The notes beneath the pieces are model-generated. The model had not been told where the DNA came from. It was given only the letters and a program-made list of their open reading frames with translations, and did no database searches. From Candidatus Aldehydirespirator sp. (lineage in GTDB: Bacteria > Actinomycetota > Acidimicrobiia > Acidimicrobiales > Aldehydirespiratoraceae), in assembly GCA_965220645.1 (NCBI GenBank), contig OZ244836.1, positions 1,152,237-1,216,236 of the forward strand: 64,000 nucleotides of DNA, read 5' to 3'. The translations under genes and the position numbers were made by a program. How positions within the stretch are numbered: position 1 is the first letter of the stretch; every line of letters begins with the position of its first letter. Of this stretch, positions 17,540-27,852 are shown in pieces.

Positions 17540-18732
17540 GCTCGCACGGCATCACCGACCGGGTGGCCGTCATCGGCATGGGCTGCACCCCCTTCGCCGA
17601 GCACTGGGATGCATCCCTCGACGACCTGATCATCGACGCGGCCCACCTGGCCTACCGCTCGGCCGGCATCGCCCAGGACGACATCGACGCCTTCTGGTTC
17701 GGCACATCGCAGTCGGCCGCCTCCGGGCTGGCCATGGCCGGGCCCCTGAAGATCGGTGGCAAACCCGTCACGAGAGTCGAGAACTACTGCGCCACCGGCT
17801 CCGAGGCCCTGCGCCAAGCGTGCTACGCGGTGGCCTCCGGTGCCTACGACACGGCCATGGCCCTCGGGGCCGAGAAGGTCAAGGACGGCGGCTACCAGGG
17901 CCTCAACGCCTTCCCCATCCCAACCGACGGCACACAGCGCACGCTCACTGCCGCGGCCATGTTCAGCCTGATGTTGCCCGCCTACGCCGACCGCTACGGC
18001 GTCGATCCCGACAAGTTGCGCTACGCCGCGGCCCGGATCGCCTCCAAGAACCACCACAACGGGTCCCGCAACCCGCTGGCCCAGTTCCGCCGGGAGATGT
18101 CGGCCGACCGGATCTGCGAGATGCCCGCAGTGGCGGGGATGCTGTCGGTGTTCGACTGCGCCGGCGTAGCCGACGGGGCCGCGGCGGCCATCGTATGCCG
18201 AGCCGAGGATGCCGAGCGATGGTGCGCCGATCCGCTCTACGTGAAGGGGCTGTCCGTGGTGACCGGGACCGGGGCCGGGTCGCTCGACCCCGACTACGAC
18301 TACACCACGCTGCCGGAGTGCGCGCAGGCCGCCACCGATGCCTACGCCCAGGCTGGCATCACCGACCCCCGATCGCAGCTCGCGCTGGCCGAGGTGCACG
18401 ACTGCTTCACACCCACCGAGCTGGTGCTGATGGAGGATCTCGGGTTCTCGCCGCGAGGCACGGCCTGGCGCGACGTGCTCGACGGGACCTTCGACCTAGA
18501 CGGCGAGCTGCCTGTCAACGCAGACGGTGGACTCAAGTCCTTCGGCCACCCGGTGGGGGCCAGCGGGTTGCGGATGCTGTATGAGGTGTGGCTCCAGCTG
18601 AGGGGTGAGGCCCCGGCCGAGCGTCGCATCCCTCAGACAGGCCGCACCTTGGGCCTCACCCACAATCTGGGCGGCTATCCCGGCGAGATCGTGAGCTTCG
18701 TCGGAGTCTTCGGCACCACCAAGGAGCACTGA
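17536..18732 (+). CDS. thiolase-like protein (SCP-x/Ltp type acetyl-CoA acetyltransferase family)
   Basis: GTG overlaps the upstream stop. Contains VAVIGMGCTPF, the nucleophile context ENYCATGSEAL, plus GHPVGASGLR and HNLGG. Confidence 0.85.
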   Translation: MSSHGITDRVAVIGMGCTPFAEHWDASLDDLIIDAAHLAYRSAGIAQDDIDAFWFGTSQSAASGLAMAGPLKIGGKPVTRVENYCATGSEALRQACYAVASGAYDTAMALGAEKVKDGGYQGLNAFPIPTDGTQRTLTAAAMFSLMLPAYADRYGVDPDKLRYAAARIASKNHHNGSRNPLAQFRREMSADRICEMPAVAGMLSVFDCAGVADGAAAAIVCRAEDAERWCADPLYVKGLSVVTGTGAGSLDPDYDYTTLPECAQAATDAYAQAGITDPRSQLALAEVHDCFTPTELVLMEDLGFSPRGTAWRDVLDGTFDLDGELPVNADGGLKSFGHPVGASGLRMLYEVWLQLRGEAPAERRIPQTGRTLGLTHNLGGYPGEIVSFVGVFGTTKEH

Positions 18733-18733
18733 C

Positions 18734-21184
18734 ATGCCTGTTCGACCGCTCACCGGCATCCGGGTGATCGATCTCGCCGTGGACCGGGGCGAGCTGTGCG
18801 GGCGCCTGCTGAGCGATCTCGGCGCCGAGGTCATCAAGGTCGAACCGCCAGACGGTTCGCCCAGCCGCAGGTTGCCGCCCCTCGACCCCCTGACGCCGGA
18901 CCACTCGCTGTTCTTCACGATGCGCAACTGCGGCAAACGCAGCATCGTGCTCGATCTCGACGACGCTGAAGGCAAGGAGCGATTCGAGGCGCTGCTCGCC
19001 TCCGCCGATGTGCTCATCGACTCGTCGGAGCCGGGAGCGCACGCGGCTGTGGGCCGAGCCGAGTTGGACGCTGAAGTCCTAGCGGCCCGCCACCCTCACC
19101 TGGTGGTGGCGTCGGTAACCGCCTACGGCCGCACCGGCCCCTACGCCGGGCGCGACGTGCCCGGATCGGTCATCGACGCCACCTCGGGCATGTGCTGGAA
19201 GGCGGGTCTGCCCGAGCGCGAGCCGCTCATGCCTCCGGGCAACATCTCTGGCGACATTGCCGGACTGATGGCCGCCTTCGCGACCATCTGCGCCCTGATC
19301 CAGCGCCTGGGGCACGGCGCCGGGCAGCTCATCGACGTGTCGGCCAACGAGGCGGCCGCCCAGATCACCGACTGGTCGCTGTCCAACTCGTCCAAGAGCA
19401 TGGTCGCGGGCGTCGAGCCGATGGAGATCAGAGCCGGACCCGGTCCGGTGTACACGATCCTGGCCGCGGCCGACGGCTTCGTGCGGCTGGTTGTGCTCAG
19501 CCCCCGCCAGTGGCACGCCATCAGAGCCTGGCTGGGCGAGCCCGACTACCTGCAGGACCCCGAGTACGACGGGTTCATCGCCCGGTTCATGATCGCCGAC
19601 GCCGTGCTCAACCCGCTGTACGAGGAACTGTTCTCCACCATGACGATGGAGGAGGTGGCCGAGGAGGCCCAGCGCCGCGGCATCGTGGCCACTCCAATCC
19701 TCAGGCCGGGTGAAGTGATCACCAACGAGCACTTCGAGGCTCGGAAGACCTTCGACCGGGTGCCGCTGTCCACGGGAGGGTTGATGAGCCTGCCGTCGGG
19801 GTGGATGGAGATTGACGGCGAGCGGGTCGGTCCAACCGGGCGTCCGCCGCATCTCGGCGAGCACACCGACGAGGTGCTCGCCGCCCTCGACGCCGCGGCA
19901 TCGGCGGAGCCGGATGGCCCGGTCGCCTGGCCGCTGGCGCCGGAATCCGCCCCCGAGCCGGCCCTCCCGCTGGCCGGGGTCCGGGTCGGCGACTTCGGGC
20001 ATGGTGGCGTCGGGGTGGAGATCAGCCGGATGCTGGCCGAGTACGGCGCCGACGTGATCAAGATCGAGAGCCGCACCTACCCGGACTTCATCCGAGTGGT
20101 GCTGGGCGGGGAGATGTCGCCTTCCTTCGCCTCGTCTTCACGGTCCAAGCGGGGCCTCGGGATCAATGCCAAGACCGAGGAGGGTCGCCGGATGGTGCTC
20201 GACCTCGCCGCGGGCGCCGGAGGCGCGGCCCGCTTCGATGTGGTCGTGGAGAACGGCTCGACCGGCGTTATGGATGAACTCGGGCTGGGCTACCGCGACT
20301 TCTCGACGGCCAACCCCGATGTGGTGATGGTGTCAAGCCAGTTGATGGGCTCGTCCGGCCCGTGGTCGGCCTGGCGCGGCTACGGCCCCAACACCCAGGT
20401 GACCGGGGGAATGACTCACCTCTGGGACTATCCCGATGTCGACCGACCCTCCGGCTCGCAGTCGATCTTCCCCGACCACTGGGCCGGCCGAATGGGAGCG
20501 CTGGCCGCGGTGGCCGCCGTGCTGGGCCGCCGGCGGGGCGTGATGAGCGGGGGATGCCACGCCGAGGTGTGCCAGGTCGAGCAGGTAGTGGGGGTGATGG
20601 GCGATCTGCTGGCCCGCGAGTCGCTGCGAGCCGGCTCGGTGAAGCCGCAGGGCAACCGCCGGGACCGGGGGGCACCCTGGGGGTTCTTCGGATGCGAGGG
20701 GGAGGACCAGTGGGTGGCGATTTGCTGCCGCAGCGACGCCGAATGGGCCGCGCTGGCGGACCTGGCCGGAGTGGACGACCCGACGCTGGCCACCCTGGAG
20801 GCTCGCCGCGACCGCGAGGACGAAGTGGAGGAGGCCGTGTCGGCGTGGACCCGGACGCTGTCGAAGCACGCCGTCACCGAAGCCTGCCTGGCCGCAGGCG
20901 TGCCCGCCGGCCCGATGCTCACCTCCTCGCAGCAACTCCAGGATCCGCACCTCGCGGCCCGGGGCTACCTGGTGGAACTGGACCAGCCGCCCATCGGCGT
21001 CATGACCTTCGAGGGCCCGGCCTTCGCGGCCACCGGCATGGCCGACGCCGACATCCGTCCCGCCCCCGGTCTCGGTGAGCACACCCGGGAGGTCGTCGCC
21101 GAACTCGGCCTCGATGAGGCCGCCATTGACGACCTCATCGCCCGAGGGATCCTCGAGACGGCCCTTCCAGCTCCTGAAGACTGA
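18734..21184 (+). CDS. tandem-domain family III CoA-transferase (two CaiB/BaiF-like modules in one 816-aa polypeptide)
   Basis: Module 1 starts PLTGIRVIDLAVDRGELCGRLLSDLGAEVIKVEPPDG. Module 2 starts PLAGVRVGDFGHGGVGVEISRMLAEYGADVIKIESRTYPD at about residue 415. Confidence 0.8.
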   Translation: MPVRPLTGIRVIDLAVDRGELCGRLLSDLGAEVIKVEPPDGSPSRRLPPLDPLTPDHSLFFTMRNCGKRSIVLDLDDAEGKERFEALLASADVLIDSSEPGAHAAVGRAELDAEVLAARHPHLVVASVTAYGRTGPYAGRDVPGSVIDATSGMCWKAGLPEREPLMPPGNISGDIAGLMAAFATICALIQRLGHGAGQLIDVSANEAAAQITDWSLSNSSKSMVAGVEPMEIRAGPGPVYTILAAADGFVRLVVLSPRQWHAIRAWLGEPDYLQDPEYDGFIARFMIADAVLNPLYEELFSTMTMEEVAEEAQRRGIVATPILRPGEVITNEHFEARKTFDRVPLSTGGLMSLPSGWMEIDGERVGPTGRPPHLGEHTDEVLAALDAAASAEPDGPVAWPLAPESAPEPALPLAGVRVGDFGHGGVGVEISRMLAEYGADVIKIESRTYPDFIRVVLGGEMSPSFASSSRSKRGLGINAKTEEGRRMVLDLAAGAGGAARFDVVVENGSTGVMDELGLGYRDFSTANPDVVMVSSQLMGSSGPWSAWRGYGPNTQVTGGMTHLWDYPDVDRPSGSQSIFPDHWAGRMGALAAVAAVLGRRRGVMSGGCHAEVCQVEQVVGVMGDLLARESLRAGSVKPQGNRRDRGAPWGFFGCEGEDQWVAICCRSDAEWAALADLAGVDDPTLATLEARRDREDEVEEAVSAWTRTLSKHAVTEACLAAGVPAGPMLTSSQQLQDPHLAARGYLVELDQPPIGVMTFEGPAFAATGMADADIRPAPGLGEHTREVVAELGLDEAAIDDLIARGILETALPAPED

Positions 21185-21193
21185 TCGGAGGGC

Positions 21194-22504
<1,311 letters not shown>

Positions 22505-22573
22505 AGCCAATAGAATAAGGAGCGGTTGACTTATTTGACAGATAGTGAAGTAAAACTGAACTATTATGCTCAC
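22505..22573. promoter_or_regulatory. AT-rich divergent promoter/operator region between ino1 and the LysR gene
   Basis: This 69-nt stretch is far lower in G+C than its surroundings. It contains ttgact and ttgaca hexamers and tattat / (reverse strand) tattct -10-like hexamers. Confidence 0.4.
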
Positions 22574-23452
22574 ATGGCTACATCGCTACCGGATCTCTCC
22601 ATCCGACAGCTCGAATATCTGGTGGCGGTGGCCGACTGCGACACGTTCGCGCTGGCTGCCGAGCGGGTGGGGGTCAGCCCGTCGGCTCTCTCGCAGGGTC
22701 TGGCGGAGCTCGAGCGCCGCGTCGGGGTGCCGCTGTTCGACCGGGAGGGCCGGCGCCGGGTCCTGCGACCCGACACCAAGCCGGTCCTCGAGCACGCCCG
22801 CCAGGTGGTGGCCCTCACCGCCGACTTGACAGATTGGGCTCAACGCACCCGTTCCGGTGATCACGGACGTCTGCGCCTCGGCATGATCGACGCTTCCGCG
22901 GTGCAGCACCACGGCGAGGCGCTGCGACGCTTCCGGGCCGACCACCCCGGGTTGCGCATCCATCTGCGGGTGGGCCCATCGGGCGATCTGCTGCGCGAGC
23001 TAGTGGACGGATCTCTAGACCTGGCCGTGTGCGTGGAGCCCACGGAGCCGCCCCGAGGAGTGAGCACCGGAGTGTTGCTGACCGAGGATCTCGCGATCTA
23101 CGCACCCGACGGGCGCCGCCATCCCGGCCCCAGCGCGGGCTGGGGGCCTTGGGTGCTTTTTCCCCGCAACGCTCACACCCGCTCCGGGATCGAGGCAGCC
23201 TTGCGGCGGCGGGGCGCGCCGCTGGAGGTGGTGGCCGAGTCCCACCAGCCCGAAGTGCTGTGCGAGATGGTGAGGCTCGGTCTGGGCTGGTCGGTCCTGC
23301 CGGTGGCACAGGCCGAATGGGGCGAGCAGGCCCTTGTTCGGTGCGAGATCCTGGCCCGACGCCGGCTGGTGATCGCCCGCCGCGCCGGAGCGGCACCCCA
23401 CCCATCCGGGCTTCTCTTGGAACAGGCTCTGCGCTCGGCCACCGCAAATTGA
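22574..23452 (+). CDS. LysR family transcriptional regulator
   Basis: N-terminal wHTH IRQLEYLVAVADCDTFALAAERVGVSPSALSQGLAELERRVGVPLFDR, with a LysR substrate-binding C-terminal part. Confidence 0.85.
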   Translation: MATSLPDLSIRQLEYLVAVADCDTFALAAERVGVSPSALSQGLAELERRVGVPLFDREGRRRVLRPDTKPVLEHARQVVALTADLTDWAQRTRSGDHGRLRLGMIDASAVQHHGEALRRFRADHPGLRIHLRVGPSGDLLRELVDGSLDLAVCVEPTEPPRGVSTGVLLTEDLAIYAPDGRRHPGPSAGWGPWVLFPRNAHTRSGIEAALRRRGAPLEVVAESHQPEVLCEMVRLGLGWSVLPVAQAEWGEQALVRCEILARRRLVIARRAGAAPHPSGLLLEQALRSATAN

Positions 23453-23492
23453 CGTAGTTGTGCACCCTATGTGGGGACAACTACGTCAATTT
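23446..23492. repeat. perfect 16-bp inverted repeat (hairpin or palindromic operator) overlapping the LysR stop codon
   Basis: aaattgacgtagttgt (23446..23461) and acaactacgtcaattt (23477..23492) are separated by 15 nt. Confidence 0.85.
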
Positions 23493-23606
23493 CGAGCCGA
23501 TGGGGTGCGTCAGCCCCTCCGGCAAGGGAGGGCGGTAGGTTGACGCCGTTCACCCCCGGTCACGGAGGCGGAGCCGGATGAGCAGCACCGAGGAAGGGAT
23601 GTACCC

Positions 23607-24407
23607 ATGAACACCTATCCCGTGCGGGTCGGCAGCTGCCTTTTCACGATGGTCGACCCCGAACGGGGCCACGAGGTGGATTACAACCGCTGGTACGAGC
23701 GCGACCACTTCTACGCCGGGTGCCTGGTCGGTCCCTGGCTGTTCGCCGGACGCCGCTGGGTTGCTACCCGCGAACTCAAGGATCTGCGGTTCCCTGAGGA
23801 CTCGCCGCTGGCCGTGCCCACTGATGCCGGCTCGTACCTGGCCATCTACTGGGTTCACGAGGGCCGTCACCGCGAGCACTTCGCCTGGGCCATCGACCAG
23901 GTGGTGGAGCTCTACAAGCACGAGCGGGGCTTCAACAACCGGATCCACGCCCACACCGTCCTGCTGCACAAGCCGTGGTCGCACTACCGCGACGACGACC
24001 CTGTTCCGATCGAGCTGGCCCTCGACCACCCCTACCAGGGTCTGGCCGTGGTGGCGGTCGACCCCGCCGACGGCACCGACAACGACGGCCTGGACGCTCA
24101 CCTGCGGGCCGAGGCGCTGCCGGCGCTGATGGACGGCTCGACGGTGTCATCGGTGGTGTCGTGGAGCTACATCGACCCGGCCGGCGGCGAGACGGAGCGG
24201 GCCCCGATGGACCTGGGCACCCCGGCCGGGCCGGCCGAGCGCCAGATCCAGATGTTCTTCCTCGACGGCCACCCGGCCGACGCCTGGGACCGGTTCCGGG
24301 CCTACGCCGCCGGGCTGGCCGACGCCGGTGCGGGCGAGGTCGTGTTCGCGGCGCCGTTCCTGCCCACCATCGTCGGCACCGACACCTACACCGACCAGCT
24401 CTGGTAG
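23607..24407 (+). CDS. conserved hypothetical protein
   Basis: Long ORF with GC3 bias. The N-terminal LFTMVDPERGHEVDYNRWYERDHFYAG looks familiar from actinobacterial hypotheticals, but I cannot name a family. Confidence 0.5.
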   Translation: MNTYPVRVGSCLFTMVDPERGHEVDYNRWYERDHFYAGCLVGPWLFAGRRWVATRELKDLRFPEDSPLAVPTDAGSYLAIYWVHEGRHREHFAWAIDQVVELYKHERGFNNRIHAHTVLLHKPWSHYRDDDPVPIELALDHPYQGLAVVAVDPADGTDNDGLDAHLRAEALPALMDGSTVSSVVSWSYIDPAGGETERAPMDLGTPAGPAERQIQMFFLDGHPADAWDRFRAYAAGLADAGAGEVVFAAPFLPTIVGTDTYTDQLW

Positions 24408-24509
24408 ACCGGTCCATGGTGTGAACCGATCCTGGCCGGGCGCCAACGGCGTGTACCGCAGCAGGGTGCTAGGTGCGCGTCGGAGGTCGCAAACCAGAGG
24501 TCAGAGGTC

Positions 24510-26114
24510 GTGAACAAGAGACTGACCGCCGTTCCGGCGCTAGTGGTGATGGTCGTAGTAGCAGCCGCCGCCTGCTCGGGCGGGTCCAGCGGGTCAGAAC
24601 TCGTTGAATCGGGGGACCCCTACGAGAATGCGGAGATCCGCCCCTTCGATCCGTCGGTTGATGTGACCGGCGAACCGGGTGAGGTTGTCGAACAGGACTG
24701 TCCCGAGCACATGGCCGGAGCAGGCCTCCGGTGCGTGTGGGTCATAGTCCCCATCGATCGTGCCGATCCGGCCGCGGGGATCCTGGGTGTGAGCGTGGTG
24801 ATCCGCCCCGGCACCGGCGACGAGTCGCTCGCACCGCTCGCCGTGCTCCAGGGAGGCCCAGGCGGGGCCAGCAGCGACTTGGCCCTGGTGTTGCCGAGCC
24901 GCCCGTACGCGCAGGTTCTCATCGACCAGCGGGGCGTCGGCTTCGGCAGCTTCAACTCCTGGTGCCCTGAGCTGCTCAACGCGCTGGTGGCGATGGTCGA
25001 GGCGACCAGCGAGAAGGCCGACGCCATCGGCTCAGGGGCTGCCGGCCAATGCTCCGACCGCTTGAGGCAGGACCCAGGCTTTGCCAGCATCACCACCGCT
25101 GCCCACGCGGCCGATGTCGGTGATGTCATGGCCGCGCTCGGCCACGAGCGGTGGCTCCTCTACGGCGTGAGCTACGGGACCACGATCGGTCTGGAAGTGC
25201 TGAGAGACGTCCCGGCGGGGCTGGCCGGTGCGGTGCTCGACGGCCTGTATCCCGCGAACCTTGACGCTGACGCGGCGGTCGCGGAGGGTGCTGAGCGGGT
25301 GGTCCGCGAGTTCGACGCGGAGTGCAGTGACGACCCCGTCTGCTCGGCCATCCTGGCTGACGCCGCCGACGGGCAGACCACGACCATGGAGGTCCTGCTC
25401 GCGAAGCACATCGATCGCTTCAATGCAGACCCGGTGGTGGTGAACTTGTCCGCGGACGAGACGACCATAATGGAGCCGATCGACGCGTTGATCGACGGCG
25501 ACTCCGTGGCGGGGGCGGTGTTCCAGATGCTCTACAACGAGTTCACCGCGACTCTAGTCCCCAGAGTACTGGCGGGGCTGGAGCGACCGCCCGATGCTGA
25601 TCGGGTGGAGGAACTCGGCCTTGTCACCGTGCCCAAGCTGGTGGCCTTGATACGGGTCGAGTCGGCCTCCCAGCAGTTCCACTCCGGCGCTCCGTCGACG
25701 TTCGCAGCCGTGGCATGTGCCGAGGGTCTGCGGCACGCCTCGGGACCGCCCGCGGGAATCAGCGGCTTCGCCGCGGCGATTGTCGGGGAGGGACTGTCCA
25801 GGCAATGCGAGCCGTGGACGGTAGCAGAGTCCCCACTGCCGTTGGAGCCGGTGCAGAGCGATCTGCCGGTGCTGCTGATCTCCGGGTGGTTCGACCCGAT
25901 CACGCCTCCGAGCCTCGCCGAGGCAGCCGCGGAGTATCTGCCCCGCAGCACGCACATCGTGAGCCGCACCCGTGGCCACGGAATCTGGGTGTGGGGCTAC
26001 GACAGCTGCGTCGACCGGATCGTCGCAGACTTCCTGGCCGAGCCAGGCACCGAACTCGACACCGCCTGCGCCTTGGAGGACCGCCCGCTTCGCTGGCAGC
26101 CGCTTCCCGCCTAG
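24510..26114 (+). CDS. secreted alpha/beta hydrolase lipoprotein (tripeptidyl-aminopeptidase/S33-like)
   Basis: GTG start. Signal peptide plus lipobox AAAACSG. Nucleophile elbow GVSYGT and a C-terminal RTRGHGIW His region. Confidence 0.75.
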   Translation: MNKRLTAVPALVVMVVVAAAACSGGSSGSELVESGDPYENAEIRPFDPSVDVTGEPGEVVEQDCPEHMAGAGLRCVWVIVPIDRADPAAGILGVSVVIRPGTGDESLAPLAVLQGGPGGASSDLALVLPSRPYAQVLIDQRGVGFGSFNSWCPELLNALVAMVEATSEKADAIGSGAAGQCSDRLRQDPGFASITTAAHAADVGDVMAALGHERWLLYGVSYGTTIGLEVLRDVPAGLAGAVLDGLYPANLDADAAVAEGAERVVREFDAECSDDPVCSAILADAADGQTTTMEVLLAKHIDRFNADPVVVNLSADETTIMEPIDALIDGDSVAGAVFQMLYNEFTATLVPRVLAGLERPPDADRVEELGLVTVPKLVALIRVESASQQFHSGAPSTFAAVACAEGLRHASGPPAGISGFAAAIVGEGLSRQCEPWTVAESPLPLEPVQSDLPVLLISGWFDPITPPSLAEAAAEYLPRSTHIVSRTRGHGIWVWGYDSCVDRIVADFLAEPGTELDTACALEDRPLRWQPLPA

Positions 26115-26168
26115 ACGCTGCCGGCCCGCTTCGTTGGCAGCCGCTCCGTAGCGGTAGAGACTGGGGCC

Positions 26169-26960
26169 ATGATCCTCGAAGGACGAACCGTGCTAGTGGT
26201 GGGTGTCGGCCCCGGATTAGGCGCCAGCTGTGCCCGACTGGCGTTCCGGGACGGCGCCAACGTGGCCGTCATGGCCCGTAGCGCTGATCGCCTGGCCGAG
26301 GCGGCCGCCGAGCTCGACCCCACCGGTGACCGGGTGATCGCCTGCCCGGGCGACGTCACCAGCCAGGAGGACTGCACTGCCGCCGCCGACGCCGCCGCCG
26401 AGCGATTCGGGGCGCTTCACGCAGTGGTCAATGTGGCTGCCCTCGACACCCAGAAGGGAGCGTGGCACCGGACGACCGACGAGGACTGGAAACTCAACCT
26501 CACCGTCAACGTGCTCGGCGCGGTGCATGTGGTGCGGGCGGTTGAGCCCCACTTCGTAGCGGCCGGCGGGGGGTCGGTGGTGCAGATCGGATCGCAGGCG
26601 TCCATGAGGCCGGTGGCGGTGTTCCCCCAGAGCCCGTACGGGGCGGCCAAGTCGGCGCTGCTGTCGTTGGCGCGCGATCTAGCTGCGGAGTTGGGTCCGT
26701 CCGGGATCAGGGTCAACACGGTGGTTCCGAGCTGGATGTGGGGGCCCAACGTCAAGCTCTACTGCGAGTGGCAGGCCGGCACGAGGGGCATCACCGTCGA
26801 GGAGGTCAAGCACGAGATCGCCCAGGAGATGGCCCTGCGGGAGATGCCCACCGACTCCGATGTCGCCGAAGCGGTCGTGTTCCTGGCGTCGGAACGGGCT
26901 CGGATGATCACCGGCCAGACGCTCGTGGTCAACGCCGGGCACTTCTACCCGGTCGCCTGA
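26169..26960 (+). CDS. SDR family oxidoreductase
   Basis: Contains VVGVGPGLGAS (a TGxxxGxG-like motif), YGAAK catalytic Y-x3-K, and GQTLVVNAG near the C-terminus. Confidence 0.85.
   Translation: MILEGRTVLVVGVGPGLGASCARLAFRDGANVAVMARSADRLAEAAAELDPTGDRVIACPGDVTSQEDCTAAADAAAERFGALHAVVNVAALDTQKGAWHRTTDEDWKLNLTVNVLGAVHVVRAVEPHFVAAGGGSVVQIGSQASMRPVAVFPQSPYGAAKSALLSLARDLAAELGPSGIRVNTVVPSWMWGPNVKLYCEWQAGTRGITVEEVKHEIAQEMALREMPTDSDVAEAVVFLASERARMITGQTLVVNAGHFYPVA
26810..26960 (+). repeat. 151-bp direct repeat, copy 1 (functional 3-prime end of the SDR gene)
   Basis: Matches 28331..28481 with 3 mismatches, all at synonymous third codon positions. Confidence 0.95.
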
Positions 26961-27010
26961 CTGCACGACCCCCCAAGGTAAGCGCCATTCGGGCCGGGCC
27001 GACCAGCCGA

Positions 27011-27403
27011 CTATACGTCCACGATTCTGACGCTGGCACCCAGTGCTGCGAGCAGCGGCGCGATGTCGCTCCGGTCGGATGTGACGACACCGACATCCTC
27101 TAGGCGTGCAGCCTTTGCAGCCGTCACTGCGACCGATGCGTCGATGACATCGTCGGTGCCTGTCTGGCCGCAGAGAGCGCCGGCCTCCCGTGCGATCTGT
27201 CCGTCCAGCGGCACTTCATCGGACAGTTTGAGAGCCCGGGCCAATGGCGCCTGGCGAGGACCGCCCCTCCAGGCTTGGGCGACAGCTCCAGTCGGCACTT
27301 GCACGTCGCTGGGTCGGTCTGCGGTGTACAGCCTCGTCCACAGGTGCCGGTCTCCATGCTCGAGGGCGATCAGCGCGCCGGTGTCCAGCACGAAGGTCGT
27401 CAT
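27011..27403 (-). CDS. vapC: PIN-domain toxin (VapC-like)
   Basis: N-terminal MTTFVLDTGALIALE (first acidic residue), then DASVAV and TSD acidic residues. It overlaps the upstream small gene by 4 nt. Confidence 0.8.
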   Translation of the reverse strand: MTTFVLDTGALIALEHGDRHLWTRLYTADRPSDVQVPTGAVAQAWRGGPRQAPLARALKLSDEVPLDGQIAREAGALCGQTGTDDVIDASVAVTAAKAARLEDVGVVTSDRSDIAPLLAALGASVRIVDV

Positions 27404-27627
27404 CCGTACATGTCCTTGCGGGCTTGGGCGATCTCCTCCTCGGTGAAGGCACCATGCTCGGCTTGGTACTCATCGAACAGCTTCTTCCATTCGCGGCGCC
27501 GGGTCTCATCGTCGAGCGGATGGGCCGGCCTCGCACCGCTGGCATCGTCCGAGTCTTGGATGTTGCGGGCATCGTAGGCGGGGGATCCGGCTGTCACGAT
27601 TCTCCTTCCGTCATCAAGGCGTCGCAT
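27400..27627 (-). CDS. putative antitoxin (VapB-like) of the PIN toxin
   Basis: 75-aa ORF whose stop overlaps the vapC start (ATGA). I did not recognise a fold-specific motif. Confidence 0.5.
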   Translation of the reverse strand: MRRLDDGRRIVTAGSPAYDARNIQDSDDASGARPAHPLDDETRRREWKKLFDEYQAEHGAFTEEEIAQARKDMYG

Positions 27628-27852
27628 CTGGTTCTTGCGGGCAATCTAGCGTGTGATCATCAGCGGGACAACACTAACCAACATAGATATACACTAAAAT
27701 ACTGTCAGCTGCGAATGACACGGCAGCCATCGGCGCCGCGGCTTCCGAGGTGGTACGGGAAATAGAGTGTGACTGCAAGCGCCACCCACCGGCAAGGGCC
27801 GTCCGTGGGTCTGTTGGTGGCGTGGGCTCGACCCCAGAACAGGAGTAGCCGT

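Noticed and set aside
22505-22573. Longer ino1 start at 22573 (MSIIVQFYFTICQISQPLLILLA...)
   Set aside because: The extra 23 codons are AT-rich with atypical codon usage and overlap the divergent promoter. The conserved protein sequence begins at MPLTTARR.
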